A stretch of DNA of 64,000 nt, taken from NCBI GenBank assembly GCA_951406725.2, contig OX597840.1:6696001-6760000 (forward strand). The letters run 5' to 3'. Origin of the DNA: Octopus vulgaris (taxonomy: Eukaryota). A model generated the notes under the pieces. It did not search any database. It had not been told where the DNA came from and was given only the letters and a program-made list of their open reading frames with translations. Each line of letters opens with the position of its first letter. Within the stretch, counting starts at the first letter, position 1. Shown one piece after another: positions 28,448 to 46,324 of this stretch. The position numbers and the translations under genes are program-made.

Positions 28448-29070
28448 ACCCTCCCTCTCTCCCACTACATTTCTCGCACACACACACACACACACATACG
28501 CACGCACACACGCACACATACACAGACATCCACACCCTATTTCTCTACTTTCACTTTCACTTTAACACTCATATCATCAGCTCTTGCTCTGTCTCCTTCC
28601 TTGTCTCCTCGCTCACTCAGTCTCATCTTTACAGTTTATCTTTTATCTTCTACTCTCTATACCCCTCCCTCCCTTCCTCCCTCCCTCCCTCTCTCTTTCT
28701 CAATGTCTCCCTCCCCCTTTCACTTTGTTTCCTTTGTTCCCTCAGCCGCTCTTAAATCGTTATACTCCTCCCATTACTCTCCTTGTCTCAGCAGCTCCTA
28801 AACTGTCGTTCACATGTTATCATCGTTACACCTCCTAATCTCTCTCTCTCTCTTCTACGCTTTCCCTCTCACTCCCCCTCTCTTTCTGTCTATCTCTCTT
28901 TCTAACTCTATCTCTCTCTCTCTCTCTCTCTCCCTTTCTTTCTCACATCTAATATTACCTCTTTCTCTTCTTTCCATGCTCCCTTTCATTCATCTCTCAC
29001 TCATACTATTTCGTACTAAAAATTACTCCCTTTTAACACTCAGACACTCACACACACACATATACACACA

Positions 29071-29110
<40 letters not shown>

Positions 29111-29188
29111 CTATCTTTCTTTCCCTACCCCCTCTCTCTCACTCTCTCTATATATCTCTTCCTCCGTTTCTCTCTGTCACTCACTCAC

Positions 29189-29229
<41 letters not shown>

Positions 29230-29281
29230 GTTTCTCTTTCTATTTCTGTCACTCTGTCACTTTTCTCTTTCTCCCCCCCCA

Positions 29282-29347
<66 letters not shown>

Positions 29348-30108
29348 GTATATATATCCTTCTCTCTCTCAATCATTGTTTCGCCATCTCTGTCTCTCAT
29401 TCTCTCTTTTTTTCTCCCCTCTCCGTATGCTTGACCGTTTCTCTCCCTCTCTCCCTCTCTCTCTCTCCCCCTCTCTCCCCCTCTCTCTCTCTCTATTCAC
29501 TCTTCCTCTCTCAACTTCACATGATTTTTATTTTTATTTATTTACATTTGTTTATTATTTCTTTTCTCCTCTTTGAAATCTCTTCCACCATTTAACAAGA
29601 CTACCTTCCAATTTACCATTTCGCTCACACGCGAGCAACGGCCGTGAATTCTTCAACTCGCAAATATTTTCACCAAAGAAATGGTTCTTTTCACGTTTTG
29701 TTTGGTGAGTGACAACGATAATTAAGTTTTTCATTATTTTTTTGTTTTCTTCTAGTTTATTTAATTTGAAAGAAAATTACAGCAAAAAAAAAAAAATTCA
29801 TTTAAAAAAATTGAAAGAGGAAACATGAATGAGTAAGAAAGAAAAAAATTAAGGAGAGAGAAAAAAAAAAAGACGAAGGAAAAAAAGGAAGAAAAATCTG
29901 AAATGAAAGAACTTGGAAAAAAAAAACAAAAAGAAGGAAAAGACAAGGAGGAAAAAAAGTGGAAAAGAACTTTTACAACAACAACAACAACGATATCAAC
30001 AGGAAGAAGAAGACATGTAGCAACAGCAACAACAACAACAACAACAACAGAAGCAGTTAAGGCAATTTCTTTCATTTTCTGGGAATGAAAAATAACAGTA
30101 GTTGTATT

Positions 30109-30277
<169 letters not shown>

Positions 30278-30368
30278 GTAATAATAATAATAAGAAGAAG
30301 AAGAAGAAGAAGAATAATCGACAATTAAAATTAAACAAAATTAGATAAATAATACACAGACACACAGA

Positions 30369-30401
<33 letters not shown>

Positions 30402-30450
30402 GTGTGTGTATGTGTCTACGCCTTTTCAACTTTCATAAACCGATATTATA

Positions 30451-30489
<39 letters not shown>

Positions 30490-30549
30490 GCCTGCGCACA
30501 TATATACTGAAACACATATATACATACAAATACACAAATAAATTTAGAC

Positions 30550-30604
<55 letters not shown>

Positions 30605-30654
30605 TGTATGTATATATATAAAAGTATATAAGTATATATCTATATCTATCTATT

Positions 30655-30710
<56 letters not shown>

Positions 30711-31599
30711 TATATATATATACACACACATACATATATACATATATATACACATACATACATATATACATATATATATATTCAGTGTATGCAATATATT
30801 AATCTATTGTAAAGTTACGGATGTATTAACTCTATGAAACAGAACAATTCTATCAACAACATTACTAGAAACACCGTCTGTAACACCACCAACAACAATA
30901 TCAACCATAATACCAACACCACCACCACCAACAACAACAACAGAATGAGAAATCTTATATATGGTTGCCGGCCCGCTAGAAATCGCAGTCAATATTCATC
31001 ATACTGTCTTTCAAAAAATCTTTTAAAAAATTCATTGAATAAATAAAATTCTCGATATATTTTCTGGAATATAGACGTAATGTTTCCGACTGGATTGCTT
31101 TCAACAAGTGAATCTCGATATTGTCACAGAACCAGTCAGAAATAACATCGAAATCTCCCTCTTTCTCAACTCTACATTAGAATTTTACAAAAAAAAAGTC
31201 ACACTGGGTCATAGATATTCGGTTATAAAGCAAAAGAATTATAACGAGAGGAAAGAAAAAAATAGATAAAAACTGGGTGATTAAAGCTGGAAAATCTTTT
31301 GATTATTAGCTCAGTTAATTCAGAGCTCACCTGAGTCTATACAGTATCAACAATACGACTGGTGGCTTTATCAAGCATCCCAATCGTCTGCTTTATCAAT
31401 CGTCTGCAAAAGGACTCAGGTATGACGTTTTCTCCACGTACGCATATATATGCCTAAAACACACACACACATACACTCACATATGTTCTCTCTCTCCCTC
31501 TCTCTCTCTTCTCTTTCTCTCGCTCTTTTTCTTCCTCTCTCTTCCTTTCTTCCTTTCTTTCCCTCTTTCGCCCTCACCCCAAAATGGCAAACGTAGCCA

Positions 31600-32150
31600 T
31601 TGAAGAACTGAATAAAATTGGTTAAAAACTGAAAAAAACTGAATGAAAACTGAACAAAATTGAATAAATTTGAATGAAATATGAATAACGTTTTAAAACA
31701 TGAATTGTTTAAAATTAATAAAACTGGATAAACTTGAATAAAATTCAATAAAATGGAATAAAAACGAATAAAATTGAATGAAATTCATTAAGAACTGAAG
31801 AAAATTGAATGAATTTGAATAAAATAGAATTATTATGAATAAAATTGAATGAAAATTGAACGAAATGAAATAAAATGGAATTAAATAGAATTTAAAATGC
31901 TTGATATTGAACGAAAGTGAATAAAACTAAGCAAAATTGAATGAAATTGATTAAAATAGAAAAATATGAATAAAATTGGATGAAATTGACTGAAAACTGA
32001 ACAGTATTGAATAAAATGGAATAAAAATTCAATGAAGTTCAATGAAAATTTAATTGAATGAATTTGAAAGAAAACTTGACGAAATTAAATAAAAACTGAA
32101 TACAAACTGAATAAGTGGAAAAAACTCGAAGATCAAATTAATTTGAAGCA
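31600..32150 (+). repeat. Degenerate 10-bp-period repeat (AAAATTGAAT-like)
   Basis: Recurrent aaaattgaat / aaaactgaat / aaaatggaat units. Confidence 0.8.
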
Positions 32151-32442
32151 AAAACTAAAGAAAAAATAAAGAAAAATAAAGAAAATTTTCGAAGAAAACC
32201 AAATTTTCGTTGAAGATTATTTCCAAGTTGGAAACAGAACTACTAACGACTTCATAATCTACATTTAACACCACCACTACCACGTTGGTCAGTACTACTA
32301 CCACTGATACTATCACAGTTACTATCCCAACCATTAGCTCTACTAATATACTACCACCGCAACAATCACCACCATCGCAACCACTACCCTCACTAACGTC
32401 TTTACTAACTCATTTACTAACACATAACAACAACGACTACTG

Positions 32443-32478
<36 letters not shown>

Positions 32479-32894
32479 TTACTAGTACTAGTACTACTAC
32501 TGCTTCTGCTGCTGCTGCTACTACCGCTAATATTACTACCACCACCACTAATACAACCACCATTACTACTACTACAATTACTACAAATACTCCACTGCTA
32601 CCACTACTACTACTACTACTTCTACTACTACTACAACTACTACTACTACTACACTACTAATAAACTAAGAATACCACAATTCTACGACAGGGGAATGTAT
32701 GAGGGAGAGTGTCCGTGAGTGAACGCGTCTGAGTGTGAGTGAGAGCGTAAGTATGAGCGACTTACAAGGTAGAATATGAAAAAGGAATAATAGAAAAGAA
32801 AAAAAGGAAGAAAAGAGAAAAAGACGCAGAGAAGAAAAGAAAGAAAGAAGAAGAGTGAAGGACGAAGAGAAGGAAAAACTAAAGAAAGAACGTT

Positions 32895-32903
32895 AAGGTA
32901 AGT
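32895..32903 (+). other. Candidate splice donor ending a non-coding exon
   Basis: AAG|GTAAGT consensus at the end of a transposon-poor stretch, followed by (CT)n intron-like sequence; no transcript data. Confidence 0.4.
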
Positions 32904-33123
32904 ATCCTCTTACTCTTAAATTGTGATTTTGTGAAGGGACTCTCCCTCTTTCTCTCCCTCTCTCTCTCTCTCTCACTGTTTCACTCTCTCCCTCTCTCTC
33001 TCTCACTCACACTCTCTCACTCTCTCACTCTCTCACTTTCCATCTCTTTCATCCTGTATATTTAATCATCTATGTGTGCGTGTGTGTGTACATACATACA
33101 TACATACATATACACACATACAC

Positions 33124-33228
<105 letters not shown>

Positions 33229-33439
33229 GTATGTATGTATGTATATATACATGTATGCATGTATATATATGTCTATATATTTATATATGTATATATTTAT
33301 GCATGTATATATATATATTTATATATGTATATATATGTATGTATGTATGTTTATATATAGGTTAATGTATATATATATATATTTATATACATAAACGTAT
33401 ATATAAACATACATACACACATATATATATACATATATG

Positions 33440-33773
33440 TGGTGGTGACCACCTTCGGTCAGACACTGACCATGGGTTTGCACCTAGAGAGTTACCCTCT
33501 GAGGCACAAGTCTGGGCAAGTTTGTTTTATGGAAGACCAGCAGTCGCCCATGCATACCGGCCTCCTCTCTCCATGCCACTGATGTTGTCCAAGGGAAAGG
33601 CAAAGGGGCCGATACAGCTTGGCACCTGTGACGTCACAACTCATTTCTACAGCTGAGTGAACTGGAGCAACGTGAAATAAAGTGTCTTGCTCAAGAACAC
33701 AACACGCAGCCCGGTCCGGGATTCGAGCTCACAGCCTCACGATCGTAAGCTCGACTCTCTAACCATTGAGCCA
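33440..33773 (-). mobile_element. tRNA-derived SINE (family C variant)
   Basis: Minus strand: tggctcaatggttagag..gagctcgaatccc..gtgttcttgagcaagacactttatttcacgttgctccag. Confidence 0.8.
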
Positions 33774-33862
33774 TACATACACGCATGAGTGTGTGTATGT
33801 ATGTATGCATTTGTGTGAATATATATATATGTGTATATGTATATATATATATATATATATAT

Positions 33863-34028
33863 AGGTGTAGGAGTGGCTGTGTGGTAAGTAGCTTGTTTAC
33901 CAACCTCATGGTTCCGGGTTCAGTCCCACTGCGTGGCACCTTGGGCAAGTGTCTTCTGCTATAGCCCCGGGCCGACCAATGCCTTGTGAGTGGATTTGGT
34001 AGACGGAAACTGAAAGAAGCCCGTCGTA

Positions 34029-34088
<60 letters not shown>

Positions 34089-34306
34089 TGTGTGTGTTTG
34101 TGTGTCTGTGTTTGTCCCCCGAGCATTGCTTGACAACCGATGCTGGTGTGTTTATGTCCCCGTCACTTAGCGGTTCGGCAAAAGAGGCCGATAGTATAAG
34201 TACTGGGCTTACAAAGAATAAGTCCCGGGGTCGAGTGGCTCGATTGAAGGCGGTGCTCCAGCATGGCCACAGTCAATTGACTGAAACAAGTAAAAGAGTA
34301 AAAGAG

Positions 34307-34307
<1 letters not shown>
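33863..34307 (+). mobile_element. Full-length SINE family A (diverged copy follows at ~34435-34805)
   Basis: Same structure as 24702-25080. Confidence 0.92.
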
Positions 34308-34379
<72 letters not shown>

Positions 34380-34809
34380 TTATGTATGTATGTATATATA
34401 TATATATAAATCATATCTGTATGATACCGTCTACAGGCGTGGGTTTGTGGTAAGACGCTTGCTTCTCAAACACGCGGTTCCGGGTTCAGTCCCACTGTGT
34501 GACATCTAGGGTAAGTATTTTCCTCCATAGCTTTGGGCCGACCAAAGCGTTGCGAGTGGATTTGGCAGACGGAAACTGAAAGAAGCCCGTCTTATATGTA
34601 TACATGTATATATGTCTATGTGTGTGCGTCTCTATGTCTGCGTGTCTCCGTACCCACTTACAACCGGTGTTGGTCTGCGTTACGTAAACTAACAGTTCGC
34701 CAGACGAGAACAATAAAATTAGTACTTGGTTTAAAAGTAGGTCTTCAAGTGGTACTCAAGCATAGCCGAATTCAAATGACAGAAACAAGTTAAAGAATAA
34801 AAGAATATA

Positions 34810-34907
<98 letters not shown>

Positions 34908-35009
34908 TAATAATGAAATTATTGTATACAGTGCTCAGGTGCACCACAACTTGTCAGAGAGTGCGTATAAAGTGTATGCAGTAATGTATAAATGTCTGGA
35001 ACGCGAACA

Positions 35010-35083
<74 letters not shown>

Positions 35084-35295
35084 AGAAGTAGTTGCATAAC
35101 GAGTGCTTTGATCTGTGCTGCAACGAAAATTATTGCAGCGTGGAATGTGTTTGTAAGCCATTTAAGAAACACACAATAGCCGTTCGATTCACTTCAACAT
35201 TTAAGCTTAGCAATAAACTAGATTTAAAAGTAGGTCTTCAAGTGCTGGTCAAACATAGCCGAATTCAAATGACTGAAACAAGTTAAAGAATAAAA

Positions 35296-35375
<80 letters not shown>

Positions 35376-35860
35376 TTAGGGAATAGATCCAAATTTACAG
35401 GGAAAAATCAGATTTAGGATTGAATCCAATTATATAGTAAAATATAATTTAATATTAATTAGAGACAAAACCACTATTATGCAAATCAAACATTTAATTT
35501 ATATTTAATATTTAATTTATATAAAATTTTTTATGTATTGGATTAAGTTTTTCTTTGTTTGATTTGCATAATAGTGGTTTTGTCTCTAATTGATATTATA
35601 TATATATATATATATGTATATGAAGAAGTACTTGCATAACGAGTGATTTGATCTGAGATCGTGTGCTGCAACGAAAATTATTGCAGCGTGGAAGGTGTTT
35701 GTAAGCCATTTAAGAAACACACAAAAAGCATTAGATTCACTTCAACATTTAAGTTTAATTTGTCAAAATATTTCCGTCACTTTAAGACCGCGACCTGTTG
35801 ACCAGTTGAACAGATCGCGGTCACAAAGTGACGGAAATACTTCTGCAATTGTTTATATAT

Positions 35861-36392
<532 letters not shown>

Positions 36393-36440
36393 AATATGCA
36401 TATATACATATATATATATGTATGCATATATATATATGTA

Positions 36441-36545
<105 letters not shown>

Positions 36546-36859
36546 TTATATATATTATATATATATATATATATATGTAATGCATACACACATTTATAAT
36601 TCACATATATATGAGATACACCATACATACATCTCATCCATACGTATACATATGTATATATATAAACATATATATATATATGCACACACGCATATATACA
36701 CAGCACATGATATATACAACACACATTTATATTGTATATATTTATATATATCGTGTAAAATTTATACATATGTAGAATATATATATTCAACTAAAGGCGG
36801 TACTCCAGCATGGCCGCAGTCAAATGACTGAAACAGATAAAAGAAGTAAAACAAAAGAA

Positions 36860-36908
<49 letters not shown>

Positions 36909-36948
36909 GTGTATATAAATACAAATATATGATATAATATATATATAT

Positions 36949-36980
<32 letters not shown>

Positions 36981-37060
36981 GTGTGTATGTGTGTATATGT
37001 ATATATATATATATGTATTTATATATATATATATATATATAGATAGATATAGATATATAT

Positions 37061-37248
<188 letters not shown>

Positions 37249-37537
37249 TGTTTCGTTTAATGTTATATGGGACGGATCATGCGATGTGAATTATAGTTCA
37301 GAGGTTTTTTACTTGGATTCGAAACTCGTAGCGATTTAAGTGTAATATTTATCTAACTACATTATTTCTGTTCTCTTTTTAGACGTCGTCGTTATCCAAT
37401 TTATTTTTATTATTATTATTTATGTGCTAAATGCAGTTTTTTCTTTTTTTTTTTTCACTTTTTACTTTCCTTGATTAATACAATGTGCAACGCATATGAA
37501 TCTATAACGTACACACACACACACACACACACACTAA

Positions 37538-38495
<958 letters not shown>

Positions 38496-38578
38496 CAATT
38501 TCGGGTCTTTGAACAATAGATGACCCAACCAGAAATGACTATGATCCAGCCTCCATCCACTTAACACTAACCGAATAA

Positions 38579-38621
<43 letters not shown>

Positions 38622-38684
38622 TGTGTATGTGTGTGTGTGTGTGTGTCTGTGTGTGAGTGTGTGTGTAATAGTGTGTGTAATATA

Positions 38685-38830
38685 TATCAGGTTGAGTAAA
38701 AAGTAAGCAATGTTTTGTACCATGAAGAATTTGTACCGGACTTTTGCAGAATTTTTAATTATTCTTAACATTTTGTTTTTTGCAATTGTCTGATAATACA
38801 GACATAGACTTGCCCAAATGCATCAATAAA
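38685..38830 (+). mobile_element. Probable mariner left end/TIR
   Basis: ta-tcaggttgagtaaaaagtaa resembles mariner TIRs and lies upstream of the transposase remnant at 40188. Confidence 0.45.
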
Positions 38831-38874
38831 TTAACTAGTTATGTGTATATATTTATATATGTATATATATATAT

Positions 38875-38990
<116 letters not shown>

Positions 38991-39886
38991 ATTTTAATCC
39001 AAACGGGAAACAAAAAAACAACAACAATGGAACAATTACAGTATTATTATTAATAGGCGCTCAGGAAATGGAAGCAGGGAGGTATGACGTTTCGAGCGGA
39101 GCTCTTCGTCGGAAACATAAAGAAGGAAGAGAGAGGAAAGAAAGATCCCGGAGCGGGCAACGGAGATAGAGAAAAAAACGACTGGTGTTAGGAGTAGCAC
39201 ATGGTGAAAGGCGGATGTTTACGATAACAAGAGCAAAGTGGGTTTTTAAAGGCAAAAGAGTGGAGACAAGGTTGGTAACGCAACAGATGTGTGTGTATGT
39301 GTGAGTGTGTGCGTGTGCGTGTGTGTATGTGTGTGTGTGAGGCGAGGTAAAAAAACAAAAAATATATGTATGTGTTAGTGTGTGCGTCTGTGTGTAGGCG
39401 TGTGAGGTAGGGCGAGACGGTGGTCAGCATAGCAGCAGCATAGCAGACAAAGGTCAGTAGTAAGAAAAGGGAGGAAGGAGGAAGGGAGGGAGGGGAAGGG
39501 GTGGGGGCGTATGTAGCGTGCCAGCGTGTGTTGAGTAGTAGTGTGTGTGTGTGTCCAGTGTCGTGGTAATATTAGTGGCGAGTAGATTGAATGTGTGTAA
39601 GAGTAATGTATATGTTTAAGCAATGTGTGTATATGTGTGCGCGTGTGTGTAACGAAAAAAAAAAAAAAAAAAAAGGGGGGGGTTAGGAAAAGGACTCCAG
39701 CGGAGGGGAAGATGGAAGAGTGGTCCCGCGGAGACGGGCGTGGGAAAACCCAACGACAAGCGACATCCCAGGAACGGGCGGGAGGTCTCGTCGGGTCCAA
39801 GGGCGAGGTGCATGCGGCGCGCATGCGCGCGCGAACCGGCGCAAGCGCGTGTGTGCGCGCGCCTGCGAGTGTGCGCGTACGTATGT

Positions 39887-39965
<79 letters not shown>

Positions 39966-39985
39966 TTATTTATATATATATATAT

Positions 39986-40165
39986 AAAGTTAATCCAAAC
40001 AAGAAAGCACAAAAAAACACAACAACGCGAGGACGTGGAACAAATATAGTATTATTGGACGCTCAGGAAAGAAGGAAAGAAGGAGGGTGTAACGTTTCGA
40101 GCGGAGCTCTTCGTCGGAAACATAGGAGAAGGAAAGATCCAGAGAATGGAAGACAGAGGGAAAAC
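39986..40165 (-). mobile_element. HHR-like element (CCGACGA family); copies ~38995-39200, ~53314-53510, partial ~40945-41030 and ~44955-45050
   Basis: Minus strand at 53407-53441: gttt-CCGACGA-A-GAGC tcc GCTC-GAAA-CG-TT-aaac; also 40087-40121 and 39082-39116. Confidence 0.75.
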
Positions 40166-40187
40166 ATTGTTTTTTAAATCGCCAACC

Positions 40188-40690
40188 GTCAAGAGTGATA
40201 TTCGAGCAATTTTGCTATTCAACTTCAAAAATAAACGTAAAGCAGTTAAAACTGCTCGCGATATCAACGAAACGTTTTTGTGAGGAAATAACCAGTGAGT
40301 GGTCAGCTTGAAAATGGCTTAAACGATTTTGCAGTGGAGACCTGAGCCTTGAAGATCGTGAGGATTTTGGACGCCCATCTGCCATCGATGACTGTCGTTG
40401 AGAAAGATCCACATAAAACCACTCGAGAACCGTCAAAAAACTTCAAATTACCTGCAACCATTTGCATGCGATCAGAAAATCAAAAAGACCTCGACAAAAG
40501 CTCGACAAATGGGTACCACACGATTTGAATGAAAATCAGAAAATACGCAGATATGAAATTTGCTCGTCGCTTCTTCTTCGTAAGCAGACTGATCCGTTTC
40601 TCGATCGTATTGTAACTTGCGATGAAAAGTGAATTCTGTACAATAATAAAAAACGTTCTTCGTAAGTGGTTCGACCAAAATGAAGCACTG
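40188..40690 (+). pseudogene. Degenerate mariner transposase (N-terminal half)
   Basis: IRAILLFNFKNKRKAVKTARDIN, W.KRFCSGDLSLEDREDFGRP, LDKWVPHDLNENQKIRR.EICSSLL, FLDRIVTCDEK*ILYNN; contains stops and frameshifts. Confidence 0.93.
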
Positions 40691-40721
40691 AAAACCTCTA
40701 ACAAATATATGAATAATATAA

Positions 40722-40856
40722 TCTCTATATATATAAAACTGAGAATGTGTGTCTGTCTGTCTGTGTGTTTCCCTAAAACTTGAGAACTACCCAACCAATT
40801 TCATTCAAATTTTACACATGCCTTGCTTAGGGTCCGGGGAGTGTCATCGGCAAAAA

Positions 40857-40860
<4 letters not shown>
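40722..40860 (+). mobile_element. Helitron-like 5' fragment
   Basis: A|TCTCTATATATATAAAA followed by (GTCT)n and aaccaatttcattcaaattttac. Confidence 0.55.
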
Positions 40861-40934
<74 letters not shown>

Positions 40935-41030
40935 GTGTGTGTATTCTTGCCTTTCCTGAGCGTCCATTAAAACTGTACTTATTCCACGTCCTCGCGTTGT
41001 TGCTTTTTCTTGCTTGTTCATGTTTCGATT

Positions 41031-41073
<43 letters not shown>

Positions 41074-41090
41074 TACATACATATATATAC

Positions 41091-41144
<54 letters not shown>

Positions 41145-41439
41145 AGATGTATACGTACGTATATCTTTCCTCCACACAGTTTCACAAATGGTGGTGGATC
41201 ATTTACATCACTGTAGCATAGCGGCCCGCTAGTAGTGATCGATAGAATAAAGAATAGACTTTAAAAGTATTGGTGTTGATTTGTGCGACACAGCCCATCA
41301 AACCGATGCTCCGGCATGGCCGCAATCCAGTAACTGAAACAGTTCAAAGATAAGCGTGATTCTTTTTCAGATTACAATATAATTTACATAAATAATTTTA
41401 ATGAAATATTTTTTCTAATTAATAATTTTTTCATTAATA

Positions 41440-41650
41440 AGCGTAGGTGTGGCTATGTGGTAAGTAGCTTGCTTACCAACCACATGGTTCCGGGTTCAGT
41501 CCCACTGCGTGGCACCTTGGGCAAGTGTCTTCTACTATAGCCTCGGGCTGACCAAAGCCTTGTGAGTGGATTTGGTAGACGGAAACTGAAAGAAGCCCGT
41601 CGTATATATGTATATATATATATGTGTGTTTGTGTGTGAGTGTGTGTGTT

Positions 41651-41689
<39 letters not shown>

Positions 41690-41903
41690 TTGTGTGTCTG
41701 TGTTTGTCCCCCCAACATCGCTTGACAACCGATGCTGGTATGTTTACGTCCCCGTAACGTAGCGGTTCGGCAAAAGAGTGACCGATAGAATAAGTACTAG
41801 GCTTACAAAGAATAACTCCTGGGGATCGATTTGCTCGACTATAAAGGCGGTGCTCCAGCATGGCCACAGTCAAATGACTGAAACAAGTAAAAGAGTAAAA
41901 GAG
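41440..41903 (+). mobile_element. Full-length SINE family A
   Basis: Same structure as 24702-25080. Confidence 0.92.
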
Positions 41904-42427
41904 TATATGTTGTAGAATGAAGGCAGCAAGAATCGGTAGCCCACGGGGCAAAACGCTTAGCGACAACTCGACCGTCTTTGTGTCATGAGTTCAAGTTCCG
42001 CCCAGGTCGGTTTTTGAATTTCATCCTTCCGGGGTCGATAAAATACGTACCTGACGAGCACTGGCATCAATATTATTGACTTGGCCCCCTCACCTCAAAA
42101 AATACTGGCCTTGTGTCAAAACTTGAAACTAATATTTCTGTTAGTATTTGAGACCAAAATAATATTTGTATGATCCATTTTCCGCTTTTGCCTGTCGAGT
42201 CCTAAAACAAGGAGAACCTTAAGGACTCGTATCGCTACATATACTATGCGCTATATATATTATATTTTATTTTATTATATTATGCGTATATGTATGTAGA
42301 TATGTGTGTGTGTATATATATGTGTGTGTCTGTATGTGTACGCGTGTGTATACTTATGTATGTATGTATGTATGTATGTATGTATGTATGTTGTTTATGC
42401 ATGCATATATGTATATGTGTGTGTATG

Positions 42428-42466
<39 letters not shown>

Positions 42467-42637
42467 GTATGCATGTATGTTTATGCGTGTACGTATGTTT
42501 ATGTATGTATATATGGATGCATTTTTGTATGTATGTATGTATGTATGTATGTATGTATTTATGGAATATGCCCAGTGTAGATCTGCAAAGGCAATGATTT
42601 AAATATGCGCTCAATATACAACAATATATATAACAAG

Positions 42638-43494
<857 letters not shown>

Positions 43495-43556
43495 TAATAA
43501 TAATGATAATAATAATAATAATAATGATAATAATAATAATGATAATGATGATGATG

Positions 43557-43624
<68 letters not shown>

Positions 43625-43651
43625 TATAATAATAATAATTATTATTATTAT

Positions 43652-43736
<85 letters not shown>

Positions 43737-43742
43737 TATTAT

Positions 43743-43784
<42 letters not shown>

Positions 43785-43850
43785 TATAATTATAATAATA
43801 ATAATAATAATAATTATTATTATTATAATAATAATAATAATAATAATTAT

Positions 43851-43954
<104 letters not shown>

Positions 43955-44256
43955 TAACAACAACAACAATAATAATAATAATAATTATATATATATATAT
44001 ACAGTAATAAGAAAATGGAGGGGATGCAGAAGTGGTATTCATCAACTTTTAGACATTATATTATGTCTATTTATTTCTTTATTTATTTACTTATTTATAT
44101 TTTCTTATTACTGTATAAATTAAGAGTAAAACGATTTTTTACCCTCACCCATTTATTACATTTAGTAGTGTAATTACTATGCAATGGAAAAACACTTGTG
44201 TATTGATAATTGGGTATTCTACCAGCAGTATGTTGGATAGATATTATCCCTTAGTG

Positions 44257-44456
44257 CAGTGCTTTTCAAACTTTCTGCTGGAGCGGAACCCCAAGGAAAC
44301 ATTCCACTGGCTCGAGGAACCCCTGTGCAATAATTTAATAGTATTATGCACACATATCTGCACAGGAGACTTAAAAATTACTGCCGATTTTAGCAGTTTT
44401 GTAACTTCTTGCGGAACCCCTGGACTGTACTGGCGAACCCTGGTTGAAAACCACTG
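44257..44456. mobile_element. hAT MITE with perfect 8-bp TSD
   Basis: TIRs cagtgcttttcaa / ttgaaaaccactg; TSD CCTTAGTG at 44249-44256 and 44457-44464. Confidence 0.92.
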
Positions 44457-44505
44457 CCTTAGTGGGTTGGATTCACAACCTCTAACTTTCTTAGAATTAA
44501 TATAT

Positions 44506-44572
<67 letters not shown>

Positions 44573-44582
<10 letters not shown>

Positions 44583-44708
44583 TATAGAAGGAGCTTCTAC
44601 AGGACTAGAACTGTTTCATTCAAGAGAAATCTTCAGGGAGCTTCCTGAAGATTTCTCTTGAATGAAACAGTTCTAGTCCTGTAGAAGCTCCTTCTATATA
44701 ATAAATTA
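44573..44708. ncRNA. Palindrome encoding a type I HHR fold on both strands
   Basis: 68-bp arms with one mismatch. 44637-44691(+): ggagcttc-CTGAAGA-tTTC tctt GAAt-GAAA-CAG ttctagtc CTG-TA-gaagctcc. Confidence 0.78.
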
Positions 44709-44772
44709 TTTTTACTCTGCTATGTATTGAGTACCTTATTTACTGTGGTTAACCCCGAATCAACCCGGGACC

Positions 44773-44833
<61 letters not shown>

Positions 44834-44899
44834 ATATAAGGAAAATAAGACAAGGTAGAAAATGCTAAAATAATTTTATCGTGATGTACATGTACTTTA

Positions 44900-44955
<56 letters not shown>

Positions 44956-45096
44956 AAGTTAATCCAAACAAGAAAACAAAACAACAAAAAAACAGCAACG
45001 CAAGGATGTGGAACAAATAAAGTATTATTGGACGCTCAGGAGAGAAGGGAATGTATATATGTATCATATATATGTATATGTACATATATATATATA

Positions 45097-45137
<41 letters not shown>

Positions 45138-45702
45138 TTGCATACATACACACACAAACCATACATACATGCAAAAACATATACGCACATATATTACAAT
45201 ATATTAGTATATAAATAATATATAATATATATACCCTTGTGGTATACAATCAATTATGTCGTTTATCCTTTATGCGGCCATGCTGGAGCGCCGTCTTGAG
45301 GGGGCTTTAGTCGAACGTATCGACCCCCAGTACTTCCATTCTTTTAAGACTGGTGCTTGTTCTATCCGTCTCTTTTGATGAACCGCTAAGTTAGGGAATG
45401 TAAACGCTCCATCACCGTTCTTTGAGCAATGGTCAGGGACAGACACAAACACACGCACGCACACACACACACAAGCACATATACACACACACGCACACAC
45501 ACACACACACACACACGTTTTTCCTCAATCCCTTGAATTCCCTATATTATTTGTATTCTGTGTAATTCGGACCTTTTTCTATATAAACGTATTTATATAT
45601 ATTTTTTTTGTATTTTATGTATTTACTATATTTATATATCGATCCTTCTAACTTGCTTATCCTTACATTTACTTTTATACCCGCTCAAGATATATTTAAA
45701 TA

Positions 45703-45764
<62 letters not shown>

Positions 45765-45928
45765 TATACATACATACATATATATAATTATATATATATA
45801 TATTCACACACACACATATAGACAGACAAACAGACAGGCAGACAGACAGACAGACTGACAGACAGATAGATTGATAGATATATGAATACTCACTCTCACA
45901 TATATACATTCACATGTATGTATACATA

Positions 45929-46021
<93 letters not shown>

Positions 46022-46280
46022 AGATAAGAAAATGGAGAAATACATCTAAATCAAATATCAATTATCAGATAATACTCAATAGATGTATTTCTCCATTTTC
46101 TTATCTTGTATTATGAATTTGTGGTAAAACATTTTACCTTTGCCCATATAATACAGTAAATGAATTGATTGCATCGCAATCATTAACATTTATGTATTAA
46201 CTTTGTTGGGTACTTCACTAGCAGTATATTGGATATATGTTATCCCATGGAGGGTTGCATTTACAACCCCTATCTCAATT

Positions 46281-46324
<44 letters not shown>

